From the human T2T-CHM13v2.0 reference genome, Homo sapiens: a stretch of 64,000 nucleotides of DNA. Shown here piece by piece: positions 13,563-27,598 of the stretch. Below the pieces are notes generated by a model that was not told the origin of the DNA, searched no databases, and was given only the letters and a program-made list of their open reading frames with translations. Location of the stretch: the NCBI GenBank assembly GCA_009914755.4, contig CP068257.2, positions 40,928,001 to 40,992,000 of the forward strand, written 5' to 3'. Position numbers and translations under genes: made by a program. How positions within the stretch are numbered: position 1 is the stretch's first letter; every line of letters begins with the position of its first letter.

Positions 13563-15772
13563 ATTCTCCTTTGAATTGCTTTTGTCAAAATAAAAAATGG
13601 TCATTTTTTCTACCAAGTTTCCCACATTTGAGGCTTTGCTGACCTTGTACCTGGGGTGTGTTTCACGTGTTCCTCTATCCCCTGTATCTCCTGTAAACTG
13701 GAAACCTTCATCTGATCCAGATTTGATTTTTCTAATTAGTTTTTGTTTCAAATGAATCACAATTAATATGAAAGAGAGTATTCAATTCTTTACCATTTGC
13801 CTTGAGTCTGAGGGTGCTAATAAGAATGTGTCTCTTTATGCTTCTGCCCTGTGCTATTGAAGAGCCATGGGAACTTGTTCTTTTGATTTGTATTTGATTC
13901 CTAGGTTACTTAGGTTTAGGATATCTATTTTGTGCCCTAATCTAGGACCTCATTGGGTCCAAAACCCTGTATCAGTTGTGTCAAAATTAATGTTTTTATT
14001 AATATCTTCAGATTAGTTGGGGTTGTGTTCAGCAGCAAGCAATAGAAAAGCCCACAGGCAGTTACTAAAACAAGATGGGAAGGTATTTCTCTCTTCTATT
14101 CAAGAAATCTGGAGAGAGCCAGCCCAGGATGATGTGGGGTGTGCGTGTTGAGTGTCAGGGACACAGACTCCTCTTGTCTTTTCGTTCTTCCCCTGTGCAT
14201 GGCTTCATGCCAAAGGTGATATATTCCAACCAATTAGAACAGTGCCAGGCACAGAGTTGATGCTTAATAATTATTTGTTGAATGAGTGAATGAATGATTG
14301 GTCAGTGGCTGCTGGAGCTCCAGCCATTACATCTGTATTCCAGCCAGCAGGAAGGAGGGAAAGGACATTAGGGACAGGCCCCTTCCCTTTCAGGAGACTT
14401 CCTAGCATTTCCTAACATCATTTCTGCTTAGCTGACCACATCAAGCTGAAAAGGAATTTTAAGATAGGCTTTGCCTGAGCACCCACGTTCCTGGCTGAAA
14501 AGCAGGAAGAAGAGGGCCCGGGTGATGCTGGCAGCCTCTGCTCACTGCGGGGGACGGGGGGCCGAGTGCTGGGGAGCAGGAACCCATCTCTGCTTCTGCC
14601 TGGAATGGTCGGATGATAAACTGGCCAGATAATCACCCCTAGCCTGGCAGGCTTTGCCCTCCCTCTGAGCACAAAACAAATGTATTTTTAAAGGTGTTTT
14701 GTTACATTTTCAAGTAATAAGATCAATAGTTTTTCTTAACCTTCAGAAACCTTTTCAGGGGAAATGCCTCGAAATGTAAAGGGTGGGATCCAACTGTCCA
14801 TCTGAACGGAGTTTAACCCATGCTCTGTCTTCCCCGTGTTTCCCGCCTTTTGGAGGCCCCATAGATCTCTACTTGCAGATCTCACAGTTAGCGTGCAAGC
14901 CTGGTGGTTTTTCTTCTCAAATGCATCCAGCACTAGTGCCAGAAATCTAAATCATCTGGGCCTCTCTAAGCCTTAGAAATTGTTTTGTTATCATTTATAC
15001 TAGAGTGAGTGAATAACATCTTTCTAAGTACAGACTGATTCCTTATTTTAAAGGAAGTTTGTTTGGACTATTTCATCAACAAACAACAACATTTTACCAC
15101 TGGAGAATTTCAACAATTATTTTTATACCATTAATTATCTTCAAAAGGGGTTCTACATAGAGCCCTGTAGAAATAATGATTAGGAAATGGTACCTTTATT
15201 CTAGTGCCCAAGAAACTGCCTTCATTTCTTCACTTTTCACTTGGTAACAGGAGATAATTTTGAAATGATTTTGAGTTTTGGAGTGCATCAGTGCAGTCCT
15301 TCCACCTCCCTGCCCTCTAGCAGCAGGTCCACATTCTGGGGCTGTTGAGCAAGCCACACTCTCCTTCCCTAGAGACGGTTTTTTTTTTTTCCTTCAGAAG
15401 CATTCGGCTGACCTAGGGAGGGCAGGTGTTCCTCACATGTTAAAGGGAAAGATTGGTCTGTGCCTTTTCATTTCAAAACCATTGAAACAATCTCACGGCC
15501 ATTCAGAAAAGTTAAGTTGGCTTAATGGGTATTTTTACATTTGATTACACCTCTGTCTTAGCTCTTTCTTCAAGAGAGGATTTTATGCTCACATTCTATT
15601 ATCTGAGAGTCTGGAGTGTTGAGATCAACCATTATTCTGTTTAAATCAGTTGTCTTATGTCCTCTTGGTAGCTTTTTTGGGACGATAGTAAGTATCCTTG
15701 CTACAGTAAAGCCAGGTTTAATTTCTAGCTGTTGAATCAGTATCGCTCTAATGAAACTTTTTTTTTTACCAG

Positions 15773-15853
15773 CACTCAAAAGGCTATGAGAATGGTACAA
15801 ACAGATTGAGACTCCAGAAGCAAATCTTGAAGAGCGAAAAGAACAAGCCTCTG
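15773..15853 (+). CDS. SLC37A1: SLC37A1 coding exon (HSKGYENGTNRLRLQKQILKSEKNKPL), cytosolic loop
   Basis: T-rich tract + CCAG acceptor at 15769-15772 and donor CTG|GTAAGT at 15854. 81 nt, phase 0 to phase 0. Confidence 0.8.
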
Positions 15854-16661
15854 GTAAGTCACACACAACTTCCACTTCCTAGAATGTCGGAGCTGCAGGA
15901 AAACTCCTTTGAGCCACGTCGGCTCTCTGTCCCTCTGCCTATGTGACATGTGTCACAAACATCCAGGTCTTAAAAAAATTCTGTCTCATTGTATTTCTTC
16001 AGTAAAATTTGAGTTTGCCCTTATTGGCTTTCTTTGGATTTTACACTTAACCAGTTCATTCATTCAGCAGCTCCGCACCTTTCAATGTCCCAGGCACTAT
16101 TCCAGGTGTTGGGGGCGGTGCTGGTGTAGACGGAACGCAGGCAGAGACATCCCCCAAGCGGTGCCAAGCAGCAGGAAGACAGGCTGAGCAGGCTCTATTT
16201 TCAGCTGGCCTTGGGAGGCTTCCCTAGGCAGGCAGTGTTGAAACAGAGCTGTGAGGGACTGGAGGGAGAGTCTGCAGGTGCCTGAGCACAGAGGGTGTCA
16301 GGGTGAGGGGCGCACGGTGGGCTGGCCACGTGAGGTGCACACAGAAAACTGACATCATGGGACCAAGAAAAGGGAGAAGCAGGTAACAGAAGGAGGCATC
16401 TCCACCTCCCCTATGTCACAGATGAGGAATTCCGGACACAGAAATGCTAAGTTAATCTGCCTTGTCATCCGCGGTAGCAGGGAGGCCTCAGTGCAGGTCT
16501 GGCCCACCCCTAGCACCTGAGCCTCCTGTGCCCTACCCTTCCCATCATCGATCCTTGTAGAGGCTCCTCACATTGCTGCTGCTTAGCTGACCACACCAAG
16601 CTGCAGCGGGCATTTTAAATTTGAGTTTAATCATTGAAGTTATAAGCTGTTCTCTTTCTAG

Positions 16662-17011
<350 letters not shown>

Positions 17012-19671
17012 TAACCTTCTACAGCAGACACAGGGCCTCTCCTCTGTCAGAAAGACCCCTCCAGCATGTGTAAGGGGCTGCTCTCCCTATCTTTTTAAAT
17101 TAAATAGCTTAAAGGATTAATGTACTAAACATGCATCTCACTTTTTTATTGACTGCAGAAATTTATTTGTAGTGGCTGAAATATTAGAAAAGGGAAGAAT
17201 GATGTCTCGTGCATCTGGGTTCTTGGATTTTAGGGAGACAGTAGGCAGTGACTAATTCAACCAAAATGCTTTAAAATCTGTACTTACTTCTGAATTCACA
17301 TTTAAACAAATCATGTCCCAGTGTCCAAAAGGCTGTCACCCCTCTCTGATGATACTGAAGCCTGCCACTTCTTCTGAATCAAGACCACAGGCCCTTTCTT
17401 CTGGTGTAGTAACTGACCCATAGAACTAGCCTTGGCTTCTAAGTATAGTTTCTCTCTTTCCTTTTCCGGCCCTCTAAGAAAGGCTGTTTACAGACTTGCC
17501 ATCAAGGAGCCAGTTATGTAAGTAAAGGCACTGGCAGGCCTTATTTCAGGCTGAGGGTGACGACCACAACCGGGCGCATGCTGACCTCGCTTACGTGGCA
17601 TCCCCTTTCGGCGGGCCTGCCATTGCTCTTGGGTCAGGGTAGGCGGGGAGAGTCCCCATGAGGTTGGCTGGACACCCTGGATGTCCCCTTTCCCAGAGTG
17701 ACCTCTGGGCTCAGTGGGGTGTCACCCAGCCCCTGACCTCCACTCCTTTTCAGACAGAGCTGCTACACTATGTCACGTAGCAGGCAGTTTCTCAGTGGCC
17801 TCTTGAAGAGACATGTAAAGAAAGCTGGGGGGCGGGGAGCAAATGTGGGAAAGAGAATGAGGCGCTGCTGTCACTTGGCCACGTGGCGAGCCCGCAGGTC
17901 CCCGCGGGCGTTTTAGAGGATTGTCTTGGGGACGGTCGCACTTGCCATCCCTGTAGTCACTTGTCACTTTTCCTCCTTGACGTCTCTGAGGATCCTTCTG
18001 ATTGGCTGTGGCTCAAGAACTGTTGGGCCCACCAAACGCGGCGTGAGCACGGAGTGGGTATTTGGAGGTTGAATGTGACTCCACCGTGCACTTTGCACGC
18101 CAAGTGGGGACTCCACAAATCTCTCTTGTGATGGCCTTTCCCAAAGGGAAGCTGCAGACAGCATCGGGTAGCGGGGTGAGCTTAGCATTTTTAGATAAAG
18201 CGATCGTTATTACGCAGTCCCCCCACATGCGTCTGTGTGTATTTTTGTTGTGTGTGGGGGCATTTTAGTAGAGGGAACCCTTTTCTCTTTGAAAGTGTAA
18301 GCCCTAAGCGTGGAGTGCACTGGCCACAGAAGCCCCCACACCCACCGGGGGCTCCACAGATCCCATTTGGGGCTCTTGGGACACAGACTGGAAACTGCTT
18401 GTTTAGAGGCAGAGGTGCCTCTTGGCCTCCAGCCTTGTCTTGGTCCACCCAGTGGCTTCTTGTTTGCTATGTAAGGAGGAGGCAGCAGCAGCCCCCTGTT
18501 TGTTTTGGAAAACCAGCCATGGCCCCACACTCTTTCCCATCTCCTCCAGGAGCAAACAACTCAGGTATGGTGGCTACAAGTCCTGTTTAAGATGAGTGGC
18601 TGTGAGCACAGGGCCCGTTCTCAGCAGAAACAGAGCCTTCTGTCTGTCTCGGGGGCTCCTTGCTGCTTAGATAAGGAGCAGAGGGTCTGTGTCTGTGGCT
18701 TTAAACCAGCCCAGCAAGTGGACCCTGAAGCACTTTACAAATCCTGCAAGGGCCGTGGGCGGCCTTTGGGCATCTGGGTCCTACCTGAGGCCAAGTAGGT
18801 CTTCTGTGTTGACCTGCGGTCACTTCTCTGCGGGTCAGAGGGTGCGCTTCTCCTGGCTAAGCGGCCTCGTTCCGCTTGACTTTTCTCCAGCTGGCTGCAT
18901 TTCACCCACTGCTGAGCCTGTTTCCTGCGGAACGGCCTGTGAAGTCCTGTAGCCCTCAGCTTGCTATGAGTGGAACTCGCCTGGGGCTGCCCCAGGGACT
19001 GCTTCCGTGGGGCTGGGGGAATTCGAGGCTTCTCAAAGCCCCCCGAGGAGATTCCAGTGCTTAGCCACAGTAGAGCATTACTGATGTAGTTTTCTAAACT
19101 GGACGATTAGCAGAATTCATGAGAGAAAAGTTTATTCAGAAACTCAAGTCGCCATTCTTTGCTTTCACGTGCCGTGATGGGATTATCATCGGGAGCATGT
19201 TAGGCATCTGCACTCAGCCTTGTCATCTTCATTCCAGAGCACCTGACTATGTGGCCACATGTGAATATCTTCATCAGAGACCCGCTCTCCATGCCAGAGT
19301 CCTAGCTGTGAAGCCGGGCTTCCTGGGGCACGTAGACGCTGGGCTGCCCCCAAGGCCACCCACTGGGTGCCCACACTGGGCTGCACTCGGTGCCACCTGC
19401 CACCCGGTTTCCAAATGTCTGTTTTCCACTGGAAGAGAATTCTAAATATTCTAAATATCAAGGGGCAGGGGAATGTGGAATACATTACCATTTTCTTTTT
19501 TTTTTTTAATTAAACTACATTTTTAGTCCAACTTATAACAGGTTATAGTGAGATAAGTACCACAAAGCCTGTTTGATTTTGTGAAAGGTCTGAGATACCT
19601 AGAAGCATTTCTTTGTAAGACCTTGAACCTCATAGCTCACTCATGAAGAATATTTTTATTTTATTTTCATT

Positions 19672-19890
19672 CTTTTTTGAGACAGGGTCTTGCCCGGGCT
19701 GAAGGACAGCCGCACAATCACAGCTCACTGCAGCCTCCACCTCCTGGGCTCAGGTGATCCTCCTGCCTCAGCCTCCAGAGCAGCTAGGACTACAAGCGCA
19801 TACCACCACATTCCACTATTTTTTTTTAGGTCTTACTGTGTGGCCCAGGCTAAGATTATTTTTATGTTATCCTTGCTCTGACTTGAAATC
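19672..19890 (-). mobile_element. Truncated/diverged Alu fragment, antisense
   Basis: TTTTTGAGACAGGGTCTTGCCCGGGCTGAAGGACAGC…CTCCTGCCTCAGCCTCC…, then a diverged remainder. Confidence 0.7.
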
Positions 19891-20668
19891 CCACTCTAGG
19901 TTGGGGAATCACTCTTCTTTGCTTTAATGAATGTACACTTTGTCCTTTAGGAACGTCTAGACAATCAGAATTCATAAATATCAGAATAGGTGTATTTTAA
20001 AATAATGTTGGTGTATTTTAAAATAATGTTATTTCTGGTCATATATGGCCATTGTGAACTCCTAAAAAATGCAGGATCATGTAAAGAATTTCTTATTAGC
20101 ATTTCGATAAAAATTACACATAATTCCACCACTCGCTGACAACCATTGTTGGCTTAGATTTTAGCTTCTTTCTTTCTAGAAATAGATCCTATAGTTGCCT
20201 AGTTACATACGTAGATATTTAAACATTCTTTGAGGTTATAATGACATGCAGTTTTGAATGATGTGTTATTTAATGTGTCATAAGCATTTTCCGTCATTAA
20301 AATCTCCCAACCTTTTTTTTACAAGATGTCATTCGTATGGATGTATTTGAATTTTCTATTTTTTCTCAATGATGATGTGACATCCATTTTACTTTATAAG
20401 TATCTTTTTACTTTTCAAATTATTTTTTGCCAATAGATTCCTAGAATTTCTGGATCAGAGGATCTGTGTACCTAGCCGTTCATGAAAATGCATGAATGCT
20501 AATCATTCTAACACAGTGGCCAGGTGGGAATGTCACCCAGGATGTCTCCAAGGCAGTGGAAGAGAGAGCCGCCAGGCACCCTCGTCATTAGGAAGCCTGG
20601 CCCCACTTCACCCAGACTGCCCGGCTGGTAACACCTTTCCTTTTTGTTCCCAATGGATTTGCCTCCAG

Positions 20669-20800
20669 GACCCAGAGATGCAGTGCCTGCTGCTCTCAGA
20701 TGGGAAGGGCTCCATCCACCCGAACCACGTCGTCATTCTCCCCGGGGACGGTGGGAGTGGCACGGCCGCCATCAGCTTCACAGGGGCCTTGAAAATTCCA
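20669..20800 (+). CDS. SLC37A1: SLC37A1 coding exon (DPEMQCLLLSDGKGSIHPNHVVILPGDGGSGTAAISFTGALKIP)
   Basis: Acceptor CAG 20666-20668 and donor CCA|GTAAGT at 20801. 132 nt in frame. Matches the loop region of SLC37A1 and is homologous to the SLC37A2 ...AAISFFGALRIP segment. Confidence 0.85.
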
Positions 20801-21307
20801 GTAAGTAAACGTGCCCAGGAGGAGTTTCAGAAAGGGCTGCTGTGCTGGCTGTGGGAAGTCTGGTCGGTTGATGATTAAGCTTAAAAAGACATCTGTGGTT
20901 GTAGAACCCGGGGATTCGAATCCATAGCCAAAGCTAGACGCTGCACAGTGCTAGCTTCAGGACTGAATATGGCTGCAGTGATATTTGTTCGCCTCATACC
21001 ATGTTTAAATTTTTTTTGAAATTCGTTTTCTCCATTTAGAAATTCAGAAGGTTCATAGAAAAATGGGGCTCCCTGCCTTCACTGGAAAAACGGAAAGCCT
21101 GGCACCCTGGGCCTGCCCCCATGTGACAGGTTGGGGAACTGAGGCCCTGACTACTGTGCCACCTGGCCCCTGTGGCCCGGCCCCTCCCCAGTGCACTTGC
21201 CCTCCCACAGGCCTTGAGCGTGAGCCCATGGGAGGCGCTGGCACTGAGTGCTGCGCCGTGGCCTTCGCGAGCCCGGCTGGATTCTCTTTCCCTTTAAAGT
21301 GCCTTTA

Positions 21308-21603
<296 letters not shown>

Positions 21604-22021
21604 CCCAAAAAGTGCCTTCAGTGCCACAGCCCGTGGTCTGATTGCCCGTGTGTGTGAGCAGAGGATGCCAAGAGTGAGGGGGAGGATGCAGGGACCAAGG
21701 GAAGAACGAGTAGCACAGGCGGGAGAAGCCCTCAGAAGCTGGACCGGGCTGGTCCTCGGTGGTGCTGCTGGCCTTGCCTCCAGACTAGAAGGGCGTGATC
21801 AGCGGGTGATCAGTATCGGGAACAAGGTGACTTGGAGCAGATGAGCGGGAGGGGCACTGTAGGGAGATTTCTTGCTGCTTTCAGTTTTTATTACATTGAT
21901 GGACTCTCTCAGCAGAGAATCTAAGGAGCTGTGCACAGGGTGTGGAGACACTGTGTTCTTCCGATGGGGGCAGAGGGCTGAGAGCAGGGGCGTGGGAGGG
22001 AGACCAGACCCTGCTGTGTGG

Positions 22022-22100
22022 GCTGGGCAGGCTGTCCAGGGTGGGCTGTCCAGGGGGCGCTGTCCAGGGTGGGCTGTTTGGCGGGGCTGTCCAGGCCGTG
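22022..22100. repeat. ~14-bp GC-rich tandem repeat (GGCTGTCCAGGGTG)n, ~5 copies, intronic
   Basis: Visible imperfect tandem iteration of GGCTGTCCAGGG(T/G)G. Confidence 0.7.
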
Positions 22101-23790
22101 CTCTCCAGCACTGACAGCCACAGCACCAGGGAGCAGACACAGCTCTCGCTTGTTGACACAACCTAGAGAAAGGCAGAGGGCCAGGGGCACAGGCCCGAGG
22201 CCCCTCAGCAGGTCAGGGCTGGAAGTATAAACAATGCAACCCAGACCTCAAAATCATATCACAGAAATTAAAGACTGGGGAGAACCTTGGCTTCAGAACA
22301 GAAAGTATTCCAGTGCCCAGGAGAAACTGGGTCTGCAGAGGTGGACCCTGGAGCCAGTGTTCAGCCAGAGGAGAACGTCCCAGCCCAGGGTGGGCACCAG
22401 CTTATGGGGAAAGGGCTGTGCATGCTGGCCTGTGGAAGCTGCTGGGTTTAAGTAAAAAGATTTGTTTTTAATTGTGTCCTTAATGCTAGTGACCTTTTCT
22501 GCTGTACCTTCCTCTGTAGCTACCCCCAAATACTTGTACCAAAAGTAGGGTGCACACTAGCATAAAAATACAGGTTTTTATATAGTGGAGGTATAGACAG
22601 TATGGGCTTCAGAGGTCCCGCTCAAGCCTCCCCCTGCCACCGCCAGGCTGAGTGTTCAGGCAAGTGTGGCACACTCTGAGCCTCCATGTCCTCATCTGTC
22701 ACACGGGTTCCATCCCTGGGGTAATACCATATGTTGTTCTGAGGATGAAGTGAGGTCATTTAATGACAACTAAGCACAATGCCAGGCCCATGAAAGGCAT
22801 ACGGTAAATTACACGTACACATCCTCATCAACTGTGAAGACATCAACTCGTTTCATTTTAGAATGACTTGGCAAAGTAGAGCGCTGGGTTCCCCCGGCCC
22901 CCATTCTGATTGATTTCCAGTGCACAGACGGCTGGGGGATTCAGTGCCACAATGTTACTGGATTTCTCACTCTGAATTTTCAGATGGCATCTGGAATTTT
23001 TATCTCACAAGTGCCACCTCTTTCTAAAAGTAGACATAAAACAAACACAAACAGGCATTTTACAGAACCCACCACTCGATTTCCTCACTCATACCTACGT
23101 GTCTCTTTTCACTGTTTTCCCTGATACGGACTGGTCTGTAGTACTCACAAGGCGGGATGCGGTAGCCTGTACGCCTGTGTGCTGACACAATGGTCGGAAT
23201 TGTTTCATCTGTGTGTTTCCAGGTGGCTTGATAATGTACAATGATTTCAGTTCCAGGGAAAAAGAAGGAGCCATTCGATACTCAGTCCACTGCACCCGGC
23301 TATACGAGAACTCTTTTAATAGCTAAGTTTTCCAGGCGATGTAGTATGAAAATCAAACCCGTCCATGTTTGCATTGACTCGACTCTGATGTAAAGACACT
23401 GGGTTTTGATCCTGAACTCCATTTCGAAATTCAGAAACGCCGTAGATAAACAGGGCTTCCTGTCTTCACTTGAAAAGTAGAAAATCTGGCCACGCTGGGC
23501 CTGCACCCCATGTGACAGTGGCCGAGGAGCTGCAGCTGGGGCCCCACCCTTCTCAGAGGCCCCGCCCCTCCCTGGTGCCCCTGCTCGGGGTGAGCGCTCC
23601 ACTGTTCCCGCGTCCTCACTACACCACACAGCGGTGCAGCACCCTCCCCAGTACGTGTCTGGAGGTGCTAAAGCCAGACCAGAGACAGGATGTCTTTATG
23701 GGAGCGAAGTCATATTTAACTCTGTTGCATGTTTACACACACCTGCTGACTCCACATTTGGAGGAGACGCCTGACTGCTCTCTCTTTCAG

Positions 23791-23881
23791 GGCGTGATAG
23801 AGTTCTCACTGTGTCTGCTGTTTGCCAAGCTGGTCAGCTATACTTTCCTCTTCTGGCTGCCCCTGTACATCACGAATGTGG
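23791..23881 (+). CDS. SLC37A1: SLC37A1 coding exon (GVIEFSLCLLFAKLVSYTFLFWLPLYITNV+G)
   Basis: Acceptor TTTCAG ending 23790 and donor G|GTGAGT at 23882. The split codon G+AT gives Asp in the next exon. Confidence 0.85.
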
Positions 23882-25526
23882 GTGAGTATCCACGCTAGAA
23901 CACATTAAATTCCGCACAGTGACTGGGGTCCGAAGTCTCTTCTGTCTGCTGGTTTCTAGAGTATTGAAAACACAAGGTCATGAAGGGTGATTTGAGAGGT
24001 ACACCTTTGAATAAAGTACTATGATGAAACATAGGCTAAAAGAATTCAGATATGCACATTGTATTGCCATAATGGTAAACTTTATGGGGCTTCACGGTTG
24101 ACACGTTCTATCCCAGCTAGGGCTACCAGTTCATGAGGTACTTCCTGTTCTGGGGCAGCCTGCGTTTAAACGTGGGCTACACTGAACTTTGGATCATAGC
24201 AGCCAGTGAGCAGAAGCAGAGCCTTTGGGGACCTGAGAAAAGAAATCTCTGATACTCTGACCTGGAAATGGCTTCTGGGAGATAGCGTCTCATTTTTGGC
24301 AGGGCCGACAGTTTGCTTTATGTTTCAGAAGCCCCGCAGTGGCTGCAGCTATAGATTATCAGAAAACGTGCCAGTGAAATAGTAACATGCCCCCCCATGT
24401 CATGTGTGAACACAGGACAGACAAGAGGAGATGAACAGTGCTTAAGGGAAGGAGCCGTTGAGTGGGGAAATTGGAACCCTGGCTGAGAGGAAGCGGGGAT
24501 GGTCCAGGAGCACGTGGAGGGCTCTTCGCCCCGGGAGCCAGAGAGAGCGAGAGGAAGGAGAAGACACACGCTGGGCCGTCAGGGAGGGGCAGAATCCGGC
24601 AATGTCTCAAAGAGGAGGCCTTTGAGAATGGGGGAGGCTGAGGAGCACAGACCACCTATTCTGGGGATGCAGATCCCACCAGAGGAGGATGCTGGCAGCA
24701 CGAGGCTGGAGACTGAATACCCTGGGAGGGAAGTTGAGGAGGCGGTCTGGGGACTGTCCCACAGCCTAGCAGGGACAGGGCCTGCCCCAAGGGCCAGTGA
24801 CTGGGGAGGCAGCAAGGAGCACCCTTGGATCCTGAGGTTCCTTCCCTGCCTTGTGACCCCCGCCTCACTTTGGCCAGTGAGCTGCACACAGCTGGGCCTT
24901 CTTTCTCCCTTCTTCCCCTGTGGTTGCAAAAGGGGTGACGTTCTCAGGACTTGAGTCTTGAACTGCTGACATTTCCAGTCTGTTTGAAAAAAGCAAAATT
25001 TTCTGTCCATGCCATTGATGATTCGGAACGGCTGGGTTTGACCCACAGCCCCAGATGCCGTGCAGTTTCCTCTCCCACACCCGGCTGGCTCAGTCCACCT
25101 TAAAGCCCAGAACCTGTACAAAACCTCATGGAGGGCACCCTGAGCTGGTGCCGGGAGGCCTCTGTGTCCTCATCTGCAGTTCTAAAGCCGTGTGACAGGA
25201 TGATCGAGCATCCAGGCGCCTTGCACACCTCCACTTCTGTCCTGTGTTAATCTAACTTTATGGCGGAGGGGCCCCTGGGGGGGTCTCTGAACCAAAGGTG
25301 GGATAATTAGACTGAGCAGAGGAAAGCCACGGTTTTTGGTTAAGAGTGTTTTCATCCTTTCTGTGTTACTTGTTTTTTAAATCTGAGTTAACTACTAATT
25401 GCTCCTCGGTATAAATCAAGCTTATGAAGCCAGAGTCCCGTGCACGGGTCCTGTTCTGCCATGGTGTGTCGCTGCGATGCGTGAAGGAGATCCTCACTGT
25501 TTCACACTCCGTTGTCATTTCAATAG

Positions 25527-25589
25527 ATCACCTTGATGCCAAAAAGGCGGGGGAGCTCTCCACCCTGTTTGACGTGGGCGGAATCTTTG
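25527..25589 (+). CDS. SLC37A1: SLC37A1 coding exon (D-HLDAKKAGELSTLFDVGGIF-G)
   Basis: Acceptor AATAG at 25522-25526 and donor G|GTGAGT at 25590. 63 nt with consistent phase. Confidence 0.85.
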
Positions 25590-25814
25590 GTGAGTTCATT
25601 AAGACTTGTTCTGCTGCAACAATAATTTCGCAAGGCGCATGATCTCTGAGTTGATTCACTGCTCAGGGGAACAGGGTTCCCCAAGGTCTCATATCCCCTG
25701 AGTGGGCCCAGCCCAAGAGGGTCAGGCTGTCACCTGGGGGTGGTTTTATTGTCTCCCGTCCCTCCCCAGGGCCCTGACTCTGCACTTGAACAGCTTCCCT
25801 CAGAAATAGCATGC

Positions 25815-26240
<426 letters not shown>

Positions 26241-26430
26241 TCACATCTGACCACAACCAATGGAGGCCTGTGGGGAGGTCAGGGCTGTGAGAAGGCTGCC
26301 TGCCCGTGATGCATGGAGAGAGGGGCTTGGGAAAGGAGGAGGCCGTTCTCCGAGCTCCTGCAGTTCTGCTTCCTCCCCGTGGGCTCATGCCCTGGGACGT
26401 CAGTGCCTGAAGCCCGCCTCTCCGTTGCAG

Positions 26431-26516
26431 GTGGGATCCTGGCAGGTGTGATCTCAGACCGACTGGAGAAAAGGGCCTCCACCTGCGGCCTGATGCTGCT
26501 GCTCGCGGCCCCCACG
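26431..26516 (+). CDS. SLC37A1: SLC37A1 coding exon (G-GILAGVISDRLEKRASTCGLMLLLAAPT)
   Basis: Acceptor TTGCAG ending 26430. The donor ACG|GTCAGC at 26517 is a weaker-than-consensus GT donor. 86 nt. Confidence 0.8.
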
Positions 26517-27549
26517 GTCAGCCGTGCTGCCTTCCCTGGGCCCCAAAGCCTGCAGACAGTCCCCCACTGTCCTCCTCGCCAGCCAGCATCCTTCCATCTG
26601 GCCCGTGCTCCACTTTCCTGACAAGCCCACTTCATTCCCTCTCATGCCTCCTGTCCCCCGACCCCTCCCTTGGCACCTGCAGGCCTCCACCAGGCTCCCT
26701 CTGCCACGTGCACAGCTGCTGCTGGTTTAGCATGGGCTGCGCGCAAGCTGCTCCTCTCTTTGGGGTGCCCCCTTGCCCCAGACAAGCTCCTGCCCATCCT
26801 TTGGGATCCGCAACACCTCCCCAACCTCTTAGGCATCGTTGACACCTCCCGTCATGATGCATGGTGCATAGTGCTTTTCAGGCATTTCGTAGCTCCTGAC
26901 CTTGGGCTGTGACACCCCCCTCTATGCCCCAGTTCCCTCATCTGGAAAATGGGACGTCAGTATCACCACCTTGCAGTGGGTTAGAAACAATGCACATGGT
27001 TACTGTTTTTATCATCGTAACATTAGAGGTAACAGGCTTGTCAGTGGACGCTGTAGCTCTGCGCGTCTGCCCCTCCGCTAGCCCCAGAACAAGGCCTGGC
27101 TTTCAGCCATCTTGGGGTTCTGGACATGGCCCAACACAGAACATGAAAGAATGCTGAGTGAAGAAATGCTTGGGTGGGCCCCTTGCTGCCACTGGGGGGT
27201 GGGCAGCCTGAGGACTTGGCAGTCAGACTAGCAAATCAGGAGCTCAAGAAGGCAGCCCCTTGGCTGGGTAGGAGCTCAGGAAGGCTGCCCTTGGCTGGGG
27301 GTGTAGGGTGGGAGCACCCTGCAGACTTCCCCAGGTCGCCTGGGGTGCTTGGTCCAAAGCCCTCGTGGTGGGGACAAGGCTCAGTACCTGAGACGGGAGG
27401 GGGCGTGGCCGTCACGCTTTTTTAGGGGTTTCCACTCTTGGGATGGCTGCCTGAGAATCACCCGCCGGGTTTTTGAGAAGTAGATTTCCAGCAATCTCGC
27501 ACTGCTTGCAGCCAGCCATGGCTTTGACCTTGTGTCTTGATGTCCACAG

Positions 27550-27598
27550 CTCTACATCTTCTCCACCATCAGCAAGATGGGGCTTGAGGCCACCATCG
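27550..27598 (+). CDS. SLC37A1: SLC37A1 49-nt coding exon (LYIFSTISKMGLEATI+g)
   Basis: Acceptor CACAG ending 27549 and donor G|GTGAGT at 27599. In frame with flanking exons. Confidence 0.8.
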
